DNA of 27,463 nt from a virus. Both the position numbers and the translations under genes were made by a program. This document shows positions 1 through 9,184 of the stretch, one piece after another; the first letter of the stretch is position 1; the number at the start of each line of letters is the position of its first letter. The stretch covers positions 1 through 27,463 of the IMG/VR virus record IMGVR_UViG_3300014202_000478; one strand, 5' to 3'. The notes under the pieces are model-generated. The model was given only the letters and a program-made list of their open reading frames with translations. It was not told the origin of the DNA and ran no database searches.

Positions 1-346
1 ATAATGGACCCTGGACTGTCTTGGTATCACCTGTAAGGAGGATAATTTCACAGCCAGTGATATCACTGGCTAGTGCATCAGGCATACCAGAGACACGCTT
101 GTTATTGCCCGCTAACAATCGGGCCAATAATTTACAAAGGACTGTCTTTCCCGTGCCTGTGCCGCCTTCGCAGAGAACGTGTCCCGTGCCCAAGAACCTT
201 GAGCCATCAGGATAAAAGTCACGCTGACCAACGGCAAAAAGGGCCATAATGACACGGTTAATGACGTGTCGCTGACCCACAATGACTGATTCAATGGCTT
301 CCCTCAGCGGGAAGATATATTTGTTCAGAAGATTATCGAACTTCAT
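1..346 (-). CDS. MoxR-family AAA+ ATPase (5' part; runs off window start)
   Basis: Not in ORF track. Manual translation from ATG at 346: MKFDNLLNKYIFPLREAIESVIVGQRHV...GHVLCEGGTGTGKT (Walker A)...PDALASDITG...QGPL. These are MoxR-type VIVGQ, GHVLxEG, PDxxxSDITG and GPL motifs. ATGA overlap with the NUDIX stop. Confidence 0.88.
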   Translation of the reverse strand, partial: MKFDNLLNKYIFPLREAIESVIVGQRHVINRVIMALFAVGQRDFYPDGSRFLGTGHVLCEGGTGTGKTVLCKLLARLLAGNNKRVSGMPDALASDITGCEIILLTGDTKTVQGPL

Positions 347-909
347 TCTTCTTCCTCCACCATGTCGTAATGCCCGACCGAGTGAACAGTAACACTTATC
401 GGGTTGTCCATGCCATTAAAAAGCAACATCACTGTATGATAATTCTTTTTACGCCAATTGCCATCCAAATCCTGAATTACCCAATCCTTTGTACCACGAT
501 CCATTAAAGGAATTGTGAGACGTAAGTTCGGCATCAGATTTCGCAATTTCAATAAATCTGGCAGCGTATACCACTTTACTTCTTCTGTTTCGTTCGGTCC
601 AGGCTTTAACTCTTGCCTAGAACATATAGGCACCCGAACACAATGGATTGTAGAGTGCCCACCCTGGATAACCCCTAAATACTCTGGTGGGCAATAACAC
701 ATCGGGTCATAATCCTGAACTTGCTCTAAACCAGTCTCTTCAAGTAGCTCTCGCACCGCCGCATCAACTGGATTTTCGCCAGGATTAAGCTTGCCACCTG
801 GGAGATTAAGCATCCCATCCAAGTGCGCTGGCTTATCCTTCAACACTAACGGCAATCGGACGGTAGGACCATCTACAGCATACGGATATACAACTACATA
901 CTCAATCAT
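343..909 (-). CDS. NUDIX hydrolase
   Basis: Nudix box GGKLNPGENPVDAAVRELLEETGL. Confidence 0.9.
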   Translation of the reverse strand: MIEYVVVYPYAVDGPTVRLPLVLKDKPAHLDGMLNLPGGKLNPGENPVDAAVRELLEETGLEQVQDYDPMCYCPPEYLGVIQGGHSTIHCVRVPICSRQELKPGPNETEEVKWYTLPDLLKLRNLMPNLRLTIPLMDRGTKDWVIQDLDGNWRKKNYHTVMLLFNGMDNPISVTVHSVGHYDMVEEEE

Positions 910-1265
910 TAGTAAAGTCCATTATGTTCAGGAAGTTCATTCTCAGCTTGAAACCAAAACTCTTCGCCATTACATTCAGGTCGGCCAGCGGCTTCCCATA
1001 ATTGATAAGCGTTCTTTTGAACCATTTCCCAACGGCAGCCTGGTAATCGCGTGTCAGCCGCAGGGTCATAGCCCCGATATACCTTGCCGTCTGTATCAAT
1101 GACCCGCATCGGCCAGATACACCTAGCCATGTCTGCATTGCGCTCAAGCACTCGAATAGCCGTATCCAAATTATCAAATTCTTGATGACCAGCACGGTCA
1201 GAACTAATGGTTTCCCAACGGTGTCCGTGATATCCTGCGTGATTACTCTGAACTAAATATTTCAT
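909..1265 (-). CDS. Hypothetical protein with C-terminal DUF2934-like domain
   Basis: C-terminus VQKNAYQLWEAAGRPECNGEEFWFQAENEL fits the AYxLWExxGRP...WxxAExEL pattern. Coupled to both neighbours. Confidence 0.7.
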   Translation of the reverse strand: MKYLVQSNHAGYHGHRWETISSDRAGHQEFDNLDTAIRVLERNADMARCIWPMRVIDTDGKVYRGYDPAADTRLPGCRWEMVQKNAYQLWEAAGRPECNGEEFWFQAENELPEHNGLY

Positions 1266-1822
1266 TGTTCACTTCCAAGGTAATCGAAATCTGATAATGA
1301 TGCTATCCCAGCACGAATTGATTTTTCTTTAGTGATTTTCCTGCCAAGGCTCTTTTGTGCATTCCAGGCAATTGCTTTGCAGTAAGTGGAAAATTTATTG
1401 TCTATTTTGAGTGGTGAGTTCTTTTTAGGTCTTTCCCGCGATGGAACAAACTTCTTGACAATGCGATACAAGAGTTCTTCCTGGTAGGCACCATACTTCT
1501 GTCTATTTGCACCATGCCTAGTTCTGTTCCGCCAAAGATTCTCCAAACCTTCGACCAACTTGGATATGAATATATCCTTTACATGTTTTTTCGCAACCTC
1601 AAAACATTGCTCAATGTAGACTTGCCGTTTGTAGTAGGAACCTGCCCGAATCAAAGACATAATTAATTCTTGATTAATGTCCTCAAAGTCGTCGGTATGA
1701 TTATTCTTAGCATTTTTGCGGAGAAGTTGCCAAGATGCATACTTCGTTAGTTGTCCGAACGCCTTCTCCAAATCCATGTACTCTTCATTACTAATTGGGA
1801 AATTATCGGTTATACTCTGCAT
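1262..1822 (-). CDS. Sigma-70 region-2-like protein (divergent, with insertion)
   Basis: DDFEDINQELIMSLIRA...KFSTYCKAIAWN resembles the sigma region 2 pattern EDLxQE...KFSTYA. SD GAGGTG upstream. Confidence 0.5.
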   Translation of the reverse strand: MQSITDNFPISNEEYMDLEKAFGQLTKYASWQLLRKNAKNNHTDDFEDINQELIMSLIRAGSYYKRQVYIEQCFEVAKKHVKDIFISKLVEGLENLWRNRTRHGANRQKYGAYQEELLYRIVKKFVPSRERPKKNSPLKIDNKFSTYCKAIAWNAQKSLGRKITKEKSIRAGIASLSDFDYLGSEQ

Positions 1823-1851
1823 TCACACCTCTATTCATTCAATTCCTTTCT

Positions 1852-1880
1852 ATTATAGAGGTGCTTTTATATTAAATCAA
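1852..1880 (-). promoter_or_regulatory. Sigma70-type promoter TTGATT-N17-TATAAT for 1262..1822
   Basis: -35 at 1880-1875, -10 at 1857-1852, 17-nt spacer. Confidence 0.7.
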
Positions 1881-3166
1881 GCTAAAGTCTTTGATATTTT
1901 ACAGTTAGTTTTTAACTTCAAGCCTGGGAGTAAACTACTCTCTGCTTCCAAAACCTTTAAACATATGATTCTAGCCGCTTCAATTTGCTTATCATCACTA
2001 CGAACGACATAACCATCATGAATATGAGCCACTATTCTCCCATAATCTTGTAGGGCATCATGAAGATGAACCAACTTCTCAAGACAGAATATAGCCCCTG
2101 GAGATTGAATGATAAAGTTTCTATACTTATACTCTTCCCCTTCAGCGAAACGTCTCTTGCGACCTATGTAATCAACATATACGCCATTCTCAGCTTCATG
2201 ATTCTCAATCCATGCGAATAACGTCTTGAATTTAGTCTTCAAACTGGATATCAGCTTGCCCGCCTGTTCAATGGATACACCAGCACGCTCCCCTAATGTC
2301 TCCGCACCCTGCCCATACACCACGGGGAGGAATAAGCAATCCTTGCAGAATGCTCTCTTCTCATCCGTGTCACACTCTTCATTCAGCAAATGCGCATACA
2401 ACTTCCTGTAAAAGTCACCATCCCCTGAAACTAACTCCAAAAGCTTAGCATCCTGACTTAGCCAAGCCAAAATACAGACTTCATGAAAATGATAATCAAA
2501 CCAAAGAAAACTTAAACCGTTCCCCTTGGGCTGTAACTTAACCCTTTCTTCTTCCGACAAAGAATGCGGATTAAAGCAATTCTCATAAGCAAGTTGGGTT
2601 GATAGTCTACCACCCGTCTGCCCTTCAATCTCATAGTACGGGAACAATATCTGTCGCTTCTCTGTGTCAAATACCCCTTCTACTTCAATTTGCGGGATTA
2701 CCCTGGAGTATAAAGGGAGATATACCTTCTGGTGGATAGTTTTGAACTTGGGCCATGATGAATCATCAAATAACCGCTTTATCCTTTTAACCACTTCTGA
2801 GAAGCTGGCGGGGCAGCGGTCCCGCACCCCAACAAAACACTCGCCAAGCTTTAAGTCTAATAGCTTGCTCTCGAAATCTAAACAGCCGCCAGTATTCGCT
2901 AGGATATAAGTAAAGAGGTTCTTTAGATTCCAGCCTATGACTGAAACTCGCTTGTCGTCAAACAATGCGGTCTTGATAATTGAAAACGTCTCAATGATGT
3001 TATCGACGTTGATTTCAGTTTTAAACTCATTGCTTTTAGACCAGCAGACGAAATCAAAAGAAGCATTGCGGGTAAAATCCACAATCTCTGGTTCCAGCTT
3101 AACAAAAATAGTCGGCCCCGACTGGATTAGTTGATCCAGTTGGAGCGCTAATTGAATTTGTGTCAT
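1877..3166 (-). CDS. Family A DNA polymerase-like protein (short, divergent)
   Basis: GRLSTQ; motif A DYHFHEVCILAWLSQD; motif B RAFCKDCLFLPVVYGQG; NFIIQS; motif C HIHDG. Only 429 aa, with no clear exonuclease catalytic motifs. Confidence 0.8.
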   Translation of the reverse strand: MTQIQLALQLDQLIQSGPTIFVKLEPEIVDFTRNASFDFVCWSKSNEFKTEINVDNIIETFSIIKTALFDDKRVSVIGWNLKNLFTYILANTGGCLDFESKLLDLKLGECFVGVRDRCPASFSEVVKRIKRLFDDSSWPKFKTIHQKVYLPLYSRVIPQIEVEGVFDTEKRQILFPYYEIEGQTGGRLSTQLAYENCFNPHSLSEEERVKLQPKGNGLSFLWFDYHFHEVCILAWLSQDAKLLELVSGDGDFYRKLYAHLLNEECDTDEKRAFCKDCLFLPVVYGQGAETLGERAGVSIEQAGKLISSLKTKFKTLFAWIENHEAENGVYVDYIGRKRRFAEGEEYKYRNFIIQSPGAIFCLEKLVHLHDALQDYGRIVAHIHDGYVVRSDDKQIEAARIICLKVLEAESSLLPGLKLKTNCKISKTLA

Positions 3167-4347
3167 TCTTCTCTGATTCTCGGTGAAAGACCAATCTTCC
3201 CAAACTCTTCCGCCATGATCCGCTTGGCAGTGGATACATGCTCCGCTGTCGTCAGAATACTATCGTGAATGGTTCCTACGAACATGTCAGGATGTTCTTT
3301 CATAATCCTACCACAGATATTCGTGATTATCAATTTTGATTCATTCTTTTGCATCATCCAAGCTAATCGCCTGTAATCCTTACGCTTGATTCTCCTGACC
3401 TTTGCTCCAATGGTTGGAAATAGATCACAAAACAAACTACTCGTCTTCTTGCCAAAGAATGTCTCTCGGAAGAAGTTCTCTTTGAATGCGTTTCTATCCG
3501 TTTCACTTGCATGTTGCATCAAAAATTCGTACAACCTGCCCTGTTCCACAAGTCGTTTGTAGAGAAGCACATCGGGAGGAATATCATCAAAGTAAATGGC
3601 TCCTGTACATCGTATGGAGGAAAAGATGGATGGAATAGCTAAGAATAAAAGCAGAGGTTGAGAGTTAGCAATGTCGATATTTACCAAGTTTTGATCCTTG
3701 TAACTGAGGAACTTTCTCAAATCAGATTTGAGATTGGTAAAATTGGTATGCACTCTCCCAAATTCATCACGATGAATATAAAATTCCTTATTGTGTATCT
3801 TGTCTATTGATATTTTAACACTATTGTACTCATGCACTGGCAATTCATCTATTGATTTCAATGCTTCTTCGTAGTTAATTTCCACCATTTCTAAAAATGT
3901 ATAAATATGCCTATGAACCTTGGTAAACTTGTCTATCTTATTCCTTAAGTTACCATATGGTTTTCTTAATTCTTGCCACCTGATAATATTGTCTTGCAAT
4001 GATGCTGAATTAATTGAAATTTGCTTGTGGCGCACATCGGAGTAAGGTGCGCAAAGCTTGTAACCGTAAGACTTTTCGTTCTTGATATAGTGACGATCAC
4101 AAGCTATAACGCCTTTGTTAATTAATATGTTTATATAGTCGTTATAAGTAAAGCCAGACCGCCCTATCATTCTTCTCATGTATATGGCTTTAAGTGGAAC
4201 AAATTCTTCTGCGTTTTTGTAAAGTGTGCGTTGTTCGTAGATCAAGTTTATGATAAAGTGAAGTCTGTCTAAATCTCTAATGTTTTGGTATTCTCCCTCA
4301 AGCAGATCAGGCAAGTTCAGGTTGGAAGGAATATATATTTTCTTCAT
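3163..4347 (-). CDS. Second PolA/T7-RNAP-palm-like protein
   Basis: GRVHTNFTNL, NIDIANSQP (motif-A-like Asp), MQKNES, TIHDSI (motif-C-like). ATGA overlap with the downstream polymerase gene. Confidence 0.6.
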   Translation of the reverse strand: MKKIYIPSNLNLPDLLEGEYQNIRDLDRLHFIINLIYEQRTLYKNAEEFVPLKAIYMRRMIGRSGFTYNDYINILINKGVIACDRHYIKNEKSYGYKLCAPYSDVRHKQISINSASLQDNIIRWQELRKPYGNLRNKIDKFTKVHRHIYTFLEMVEINYEEALKSIDELPVHEYNSVKISIDKIHNKEFYIHRDEFGRVHTNFTNLKSDLRKFLSYKDQNLVNIDIANSQPLLLFLAIPSIFSSIRCTGAIYFDDIPPDVLLYKRLVEQGRLYEFLMQHASETDRNAFKENFFRETFFGKKTSSLFCDLFPTIGAKVRRIKRKDYRRLAWMMQKNESKLIITNICGRIMKEHPDMFVGTIHDSILTTAEHVSTAKRIMAEEFGKIGLSPRIREE

Positions 4348-4376
4348 GGTTACATTTTACCAGTGGAGCGCTACCG

Positions 4377-5054
4377 ATGGAATATAATCTCGATCCAATT
4401 TTCGAGTTCAGGATGAATGAAGAAGAAACTCTAGCATATAAGCTAGGATTGCTTTGGATGGCGATTTCCCATAAGTTATTTCCAGACTATAGACATGCTA
4501 GTGGCTTTCCAAAAAAAGGCGACCCTCGAAAAAGCAGTTTATTCAAATACTGCTATAAGCTTCAAAGAGAATCTAAAGGACTTATAGAGGCCAAAGACTA
4601 TAAAATATACATCGCCGCCCAACTTCATATGTTAAAAGCCATTGAAATTGGTAACACACACCCCTTGATCGGCCCGTGGTGTTTAGTTGGCGAGAAAGCC
4701 TGGGTTCGTTGGAAAGTATGGAAACGGAAGTACGATAATATCGGGAAATCGAAAACTTTGGAAGACGTGGGCCTGGATAAATCTAACTTTGAAGAAGTGA
4801 AGAAAGAGTTGGATAAGACCAAGAAGTTCATGGACAATAAATTTGGGTTACTTAACGAAGAGACTTTCCAACTGAAAGCTAAAGAGATTGAGCGCAATAT
4901 CTCTTTGGGTACAATCAGTGGATTCTATGCGGCCCTGTCACCGTGGGTAGGCAAACATTGTAAGTTAGGTGATTATGACCTAGCTTACTTCAAAACTACC
5001 GATGCGCAAGGCAGTGAGTATTTTAATAAGTTATTTCCAGAGCAAATAGTGTAA
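4377..5054 (+). CDS. Hypothetical protein
   Basis: 225-aa ORF with GGAG SD; divergent from 3163..4347. Confidence 0.75.
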   Translation: MEYNLDPIFEFRMNEEETLAYKLGLLWMAISHKLFPDYRHASGFPKKGDPRKSSLFKYCYKLQRESKGLIEAKDYKIYIAAQLHMLKAIEIGNTHPLIGPWCLVGEKAWVRWKVWKRKYDNIGKSKTLEDVGLDKSNFEEVKKELDKTKKFMDNKFGLLNEETFQLKAKEIERNISLGTISGFYAALSPWVGKHCKLGDYDLAYFKTTDAQGSEYFNKLFPEQIV

Positions 5055-5918
5055 AAGAGCCATGCGAACGTGTAAACCGTTTCTCACTTGCTCGAAATAC
5101 TTCGCTGTAGGGAGTTCATCCACATCAGGATGAATCTCTTCATTCCTGGGTAATGGATGCATAATAATTCCACCTGGCTTGATCGTCCTGGCAAGTTCTT
5201 TCGTCAATATGAACCTGCTTGGCTCTCCTTCAGGGAGTCTACCGCCGTTCATCCACCGTTCTTTCTGTGGACGAGTCATGTAAACTACATCTGCCATTTT
5301 TAATGAATCTGGTATAAGCCGCTCATCACCGTAGTTATAAGAAGGATCATCATGATTGATTAAGCTAGGATTGACCTTACTGGTAAACAGGAATTTTACA
5401 AAGTAGTCTTCACGTTTCAATAGGTCTACTAATGATGGAACCGTTCTGCTGTAGTATAAGTCCCCTGTGAACAAGATTGTGACTTCTTTTTTACCTTTGC
5501 AATACTTACGGATCGTATAAAGGTCTAAAAGAGCTTGGGTTGGATGGTGAAAGTTGGCTTCCCCTGCACTTATAACTGGTTTAGTAGTCGCGGCTGCCAA
5601 TGTTTCCATTACTTCGTCAGGGTGACGGATAACCAGCACATCAGCATATTCTGACACTGTTTTAATTGTGTCTAGGTCTGTTTCACCTTTCTTTTGTGAT
5701 GAATTAACAGGCAAGTCGATTACCTTGCCACCTAATTTATACATTGCTGATTGGAATGACATTTTGGTGCGGGTGGACGGCTCAAAGAACAGAGTCGCCA
5801 TGATCGGTGACATTGTATTACTGTAATCATAAGAACATGTCGTCATCATTGGCACACGACTAAAAATTTGCTCTATATCTTCTTTGTTAAGATCGTCTAC
5901 AGTTAGTAGATGGTGCAT
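5031..5918 (-). CDS. pyrB: Aspartate carbamoyltransferase catalytic subunit
   Basis: FFEPSTRT, KGET, IRHP, HPTQALLD, GDLYYSRT, TRPQKER, HPLPR motifs. Confidence 0.93.
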   Translation of the reverse strand: MHHLLTVDDLNKEDIEQIFSRVPMMTTCSYDYSNTMSPIMATLFFEPSTRTKMSFQSAMYKLGGKVIDLPVNSSQKKGETDLDTIKTVSEYADVLVIRHPDEVMETLAAATTKPVISAGEANFHHPTQALLDLYTIRKYCKGKKEVTILFTGDLYYSRTVPSLVDLLKREDYFVKFLFTSKVNPSLINHDDPSYNYGDERLIPDSLKMADVVYMTRPQKERWMNGGRLPEGEPSRFILTKELARTIKPGGIIMHPLPRNEEIHPDVDELPTAKYFEQVRNGLHVRMALLHYLLWK

Positions 5919-5947
5919 ACTTAATCTCCAAAAACTGGTCTATTGTA

Positions 5948-6739
5948 TCAATAGCAGTTGAAGTGTGCAAGGACAGCGTTGCTGATTTCTTCTTCTTTTT
6001 GGCCTGGTGCAAAGTGTTCGATAAAATCGGATGGATCGTAAATCCAACGGTGTTTGTCGATATCATCGCCCAATCCATTCCCAGCTATCTTAATGAAGCC
6101 TGTTTTATCTGAATATTCGACCTGAACGCATAATTTATCCAGTCGTTTCTGACCCCTGGCTTGTACGCCCATACCTGTAACGCCAAAATGTATAATATAA
6201 CTGTGGTGTTCTTTTAATACTCGAATACCTTCATACATGAATATCTTTTGGGTCGTCTTCCTTCTTAACTCACTAGCAATGCGGATAACAAGTCTTTCCA
6301 ATCCTTTAAAATCACCTTTTGGGGCGTCAATATCTTCGGCGTCCATTTCTGTCAACACTTCATTAATCTTAAAACTAAGGTTATCAGGGCGTGCGTCAAA
6401 GAAGTGTTTGACTTCTATAACTTTTTTGCAAATCCAGGTTGGGTCGCCCTCTAAGTTGTGACTTAATTTCCTAAGAACAACTCTAACGCCGCCTAGAGGA
6501 CTAAATGATAGTCTAACAGCACCATCGTCTTGACCCCATTGCAATTCTCCAAAAAAGTCGTTTGGTATAGAGTATTTCTCACCAAATGTTTTACCTTTAA
6601 GGGATTTGATGATGTATTCTATGTTGATTGGATGGAGTGGGTCTTCTTCGTTGGCCATATCTGGCACAACTGGCCTTTTGCTCATATCAAGACCGAAATC
6701 AGCGTACTCTAGCCAGGTATTAAATCCATAATGTTTCAT
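5948..6739 (-). CDS. Hypothetical, probable late/virion protein
   Basis: 263 aa; N-terminus MKHYGFNTWLE; TATATATA 7 nt upstream. Confidence 0.75.
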   Translation of the reverse strand: MKHYGFNTWLEYADFGLDMSKRPVVPDMANEEDPLHPINIEYIIKSLKGKTFGEKYSIPNDFFGELQWGQDDGAVRLSFSPLGGVRVVLRKLSHNLEGDPTWICKKVIEVKHFFDARPDNLSFKINEVLTEMDAEDIDAPKGDFKGLERLVIRIASELRRKTTQKIFMYEGIRVLKEHHSYIIHFGVTGMGVQARGQKRLDKLCVQVEYSDKTGFIKIAGNGLGDDIDKHRWIYDPSDFIEHFAPGQKEEEISNAVLAHFNCY

Positions 6740-6746
6740 TCTAACT

Positions 6747-6754
6747 TATATATA
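6747..6754. promoter_or_regulatory. Palindromic TATATATA, candidate bidirectional late promoter
   Basis: Lies in a 20-nt gap between divergent ATGs at 6739 and 6760 (7 and 5 nt away); no SD on either side. Confidence 0.6.
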
Positions 6755-6759
6755 CTGAT

Positions 6760-7194
6760 ATGCTCAAGACATTTACACTTTGGATGGAAGATAGAATGAA
6801 ACAGAAGCAACTTACCCGTCAATTGCTTCAAAACCTTGGCTACGATACTCATGCCTTGAATGGGCAGGATGTTGTTCTTACTGATCGCAAATATGATAAT
6901 ATCAAGGATGCTATCAATAGATTGGACGTGGATTCTGAAAATAAAGAGAATATGATTACATTTGTACAGAACCATCAAAAGGAAGATGGTTCTATTGTTG
7001 GGTTGTCGCTAAAAGCCTTGGCTGCAAAAATAAATGCCAATGATGCTGAGAGTCAGGATACAGCTTCTAGCAATCCTGCTGTATTGCCACAGGGACAACA
7101 GCCTGCACCAAAACCTTTTAATAAGCAACAACAGCAGATGCAACAACAAAATCAGCCGCCAATGGCGGCTGATCCTGGTGCTGGGGCTTTTTAA
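6760..7194 (+). CDS. Hypothetical, Q/P-rich C-terminus, probable late/virion protein
   Basis: 144 aa; N-terminus MLKTFTLWMED. Confidence 0.75.
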   Translation: MLKTFTLWMEDRMKQKQLTRQLLQNLGYDTHALNGQDVVLTDRKYDNIKDAINRLDVDSENKENMITFVQNHQKEDGSIVGLSLKALAAKINANDAESQDTASSNPAVLPQGQQPAPKPFNKQQQQMQQQNQPPMAADPGAGAF

Positions 7195-7198
7195 GTTA

Positions 7199-7435
7199 TT
7201 AACTACATGATGGACAGCTACTGATTTCTCCAAGAACCTCTAGAGTCATATGGTCAATGAAAGCAAAAGCTGGCATTTGACCAATGGTTTCTACAGTAAG
7301 ATGGTCAACATTCATACTGCCAAACTGGAAGAAACCTAAAACTTCCATAGTCATATGATCTATTAAGGCGTTCTGGAAGGTCATTTGTCCTAAAACTTCC
7401 ATCGTGATAGATTCTATTAAATCGCAGGTAGCCAT
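7199..7435 (-). CDS. Small protein of four ~18-aa repeats
   Basis: Start moved to ATG 7435 (SD GGAGA). Repeats IESITMEVLG / IDHMTMEVLG / VDHLTVETIG / IDHMTLEVLG. Confidence 0.7.
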   Translation of the reverse strand: MATCDLIESITMEVLGQMTFQNALIDHMTMEVLGFFQFGSMNVDHLTVETIGQMPAFAFIDHMTLEVLGEISSCPSCS

Positions 7436-7503
7436 TTTTTTCTCCAATAAAATTTACTGACACCATATATATAATTACGATTTCGAAATTAGGAGAATAA
7501 AAA

Positions 7504-8526
7504 ATGGCACTTAAATGGGTAGAAGGATTTGAGTCATATTCAAACTTAATCAGTTTCGTGCAGTTTCGTTACGCAAGCTTCATAGGCCCGTCCTCTACTT
7601 TTCAGCCAGGACGCGCCGTTGGCAATTGCCTAAACTTTAACGGCACATCTTTAATAACCCCGAACTTGGGCAACCAAGGCACTTATTTTGTTGGCTTTGC
7701 TTTCAGGAACGTAAATCTTGGAACCAGCAACGTTAACATGACCGTGCTTGAACTACGCGATCTTACGACTTCGCAGATCAGTGTAACGTTTAACCCAAAC
7801 ACAAAGCTATTCTCAGTATTCAGAGGCGCAACCCTCCTTGGTACTGGTACTTTTGCTTTGACAACTGGTTCCTGGTACTACATTGAAATCGGCGTCCTTG
7901 TTGACTCCGCAGTTGGTACTGTCACTTTCAAGGTTAACACTGTAAACGATGTAACCTTTGGTCCAGGTAATACTCAGGTCACAGCTAATGCTTATGCGAA
8001 CACCATAGCATGGCGTGGTCCAGCGGTTATCGGTCTAGGTGGAGCTTACCAGATTGACGATATTTATATTATCGACAGCACTGGTGCAACTAATAACACC
8101 TTCTTGGGTGATATGAAGGTTGAAGGCGTCCAGGTAATTGAGAGTGGTTTCCAGGCAACATGGGGCGTAAACGTCCCTGGCACACCAAACTTCCAGGCCG
8201 TGCAGGTCTTGAATGACGGGTTATATACCTTGTCGAACACTGTAGGACAGAAGGATACATTCGAATGCTCGAACTTGAACAAAATTACTTCTGACGTTAG
8301 AGGCGTATCCGCCGTTTATTGGACTCGTAACACTGACTCAACAACCCACTCGATTAACTCGGTTGTACGACAGACTGGTACTGATTACAACGGTACAGCT
8401 TTCACAGTCAATGATACAGCTTTCAAAGCATATCAGACGATTTGGGAACAAGACCCAGCCACCCTAGCAGCTTGGACTGTATCGGGCGTTGGCACAGCAG
8501 AATTTGGTTATAGACTTAACTCATAA
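7504..8526 (+). CDS. Probable virion structural/tail protein (beta-rich, LamG/concanavalin-like)
   Basis: T/G/N/V-rich; MALKWVEGFESY start; WYYIEI and IDDIYI motifs; SD AGGAGA; TATATA upstream; terminator downstream. Confidence 0.65.
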   Translation: MALKWVEGFESYSNLISFVQFRYASFIGPSSTFQPGRAVGNCLNFNGTSLITPNLGNQGTYFVGFAFRNVNLGTSNVNMTVLELRDLTTSQISVTFNPNTKLFSVFRGATLLGTGTFALTTGSWYYIEIGVLVDSAVGTVTFKVNTVNDVTFGPGNTQVTANAYANTIAWRGPAVIGLGGAYQIDDIYIIDSTGATNNTFLGDMKVEGVQVIESGFQATWGVNVPGTPNFQAVQVLNDGLYTLSNTVGQKDTFECSNLNKITSDVRGVSAVYWTRNTDSTTHSINSVVRQTGTDYNGTAFTVNDTAFKAYQTIWEQDPATLAAWTVSGVGTAEFGYRLNS

Positions 8527-8544
8527 CGAATTATTAAACTTCAG

Positions 8545-8576
8545 AAGCCTAGTTCCACAAGAACTAGGCTTTTTTT
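8545..8576 (+). terminator. Intrinsic terminator
   Basis: AAGCCTAGTTC-cacaa-GAACTAGGCTT followed by a T-tract. Confidence 0.85.
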
Positions 8577-8601
8577 ATGCGCTAATGACTATTATATCCC
8601 T

Positions 8602-8997
8602 ATGAAAAAACTCACTTCCGCCTCTCTTGAGAAAATCCTGGCTAACTACAAAAAAGACCCAAATGTTGACACAATGGAAGCTGCTTTTGAAGCCTTCTGG
8701 CTACTAGGATCAAATATCCTTAAAGCTGTCTCCTTCCCTGGATTAGAAGAAGCCTTCAAGAATAAAACTAGAACTATTCGAAGACTGGTATTCTTTGCCT
8801 TCATCAAATTGCCAAGATACGATGCTACGAAGGGTAAAGCTTTCAACTTTTTTACTACTATAATGCTGAGTTGGCTCCGACAAGTCTATAGAAGTAGCCG
8901 CAACTACGCTGAATTAAAGGCAACATATGCAGAAAAAATTAGAAATAGTAAAGGTCGAGAACAAAAATTATATTGTCCTAGAAAACGAAGCGTTTGA
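8602..8997 (+). CDS. Small sigma-factor-like protein (T4 gp55-like region 2)
   Basis: AFIKLPRYDATKGKAFNFFTTIMLSWLRQ resembles the FDPxKxxAFxYFTxI pattern of phage late sigma factors. Confidence 0.55.
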   Translation: MKKLTSASLEKILANYKKDPNVDTMEAAFEAFWLLGSNILKAVSFPGLEEAFKNKTRTIRRLVFFAFIKLPRYDATKGKAFNFFTTIMLSWLRQVYRSSRNYAELKATYAEKIRNSKGREQKLYCPRKRSV

Positions 8998-9184
8998 TTG
9001 GGAAGTCGAGCCTCAACAACTTAAAAACATAGAAATTAAAATTAACAATGACCCTGAAACTAGGGATAGTCTCATTGGTAATGTTTTTAACCATTTAACA
9101 TCTAGTTTTTCGAGTTTTGTAGGCAAGAAAATGTCTCTTAAGGACATAAATGACGCTCTTGAACAAGGATATATTGAAATATGA
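8927..9184 (+). CDS. Hypothetical protein
   Basis: 85-aa ORF with ATGA coupling to the SET gene. Confidence 0.7.
   Translation: MQKKLEIVKVENKNYIVLENEAFDWEVEPQQLKNIEIKINNDPETRDSLIGNVFNHLTSSFSSFVGKKMSLKDINDALEQGYIEI

Noticed and set aside
3136-4373. Similar CCAGT(T)GGAGCGCTA strings near 3136 and 4360
   Set aside because: Only two imperfect short copies, one inside coding sequence and one containing an SD; could be chance.
7120-7160. CAA/CAG run as a DNA repeat element
   Set aside because: Explained by the poly-Gln tract of 6760..7194.
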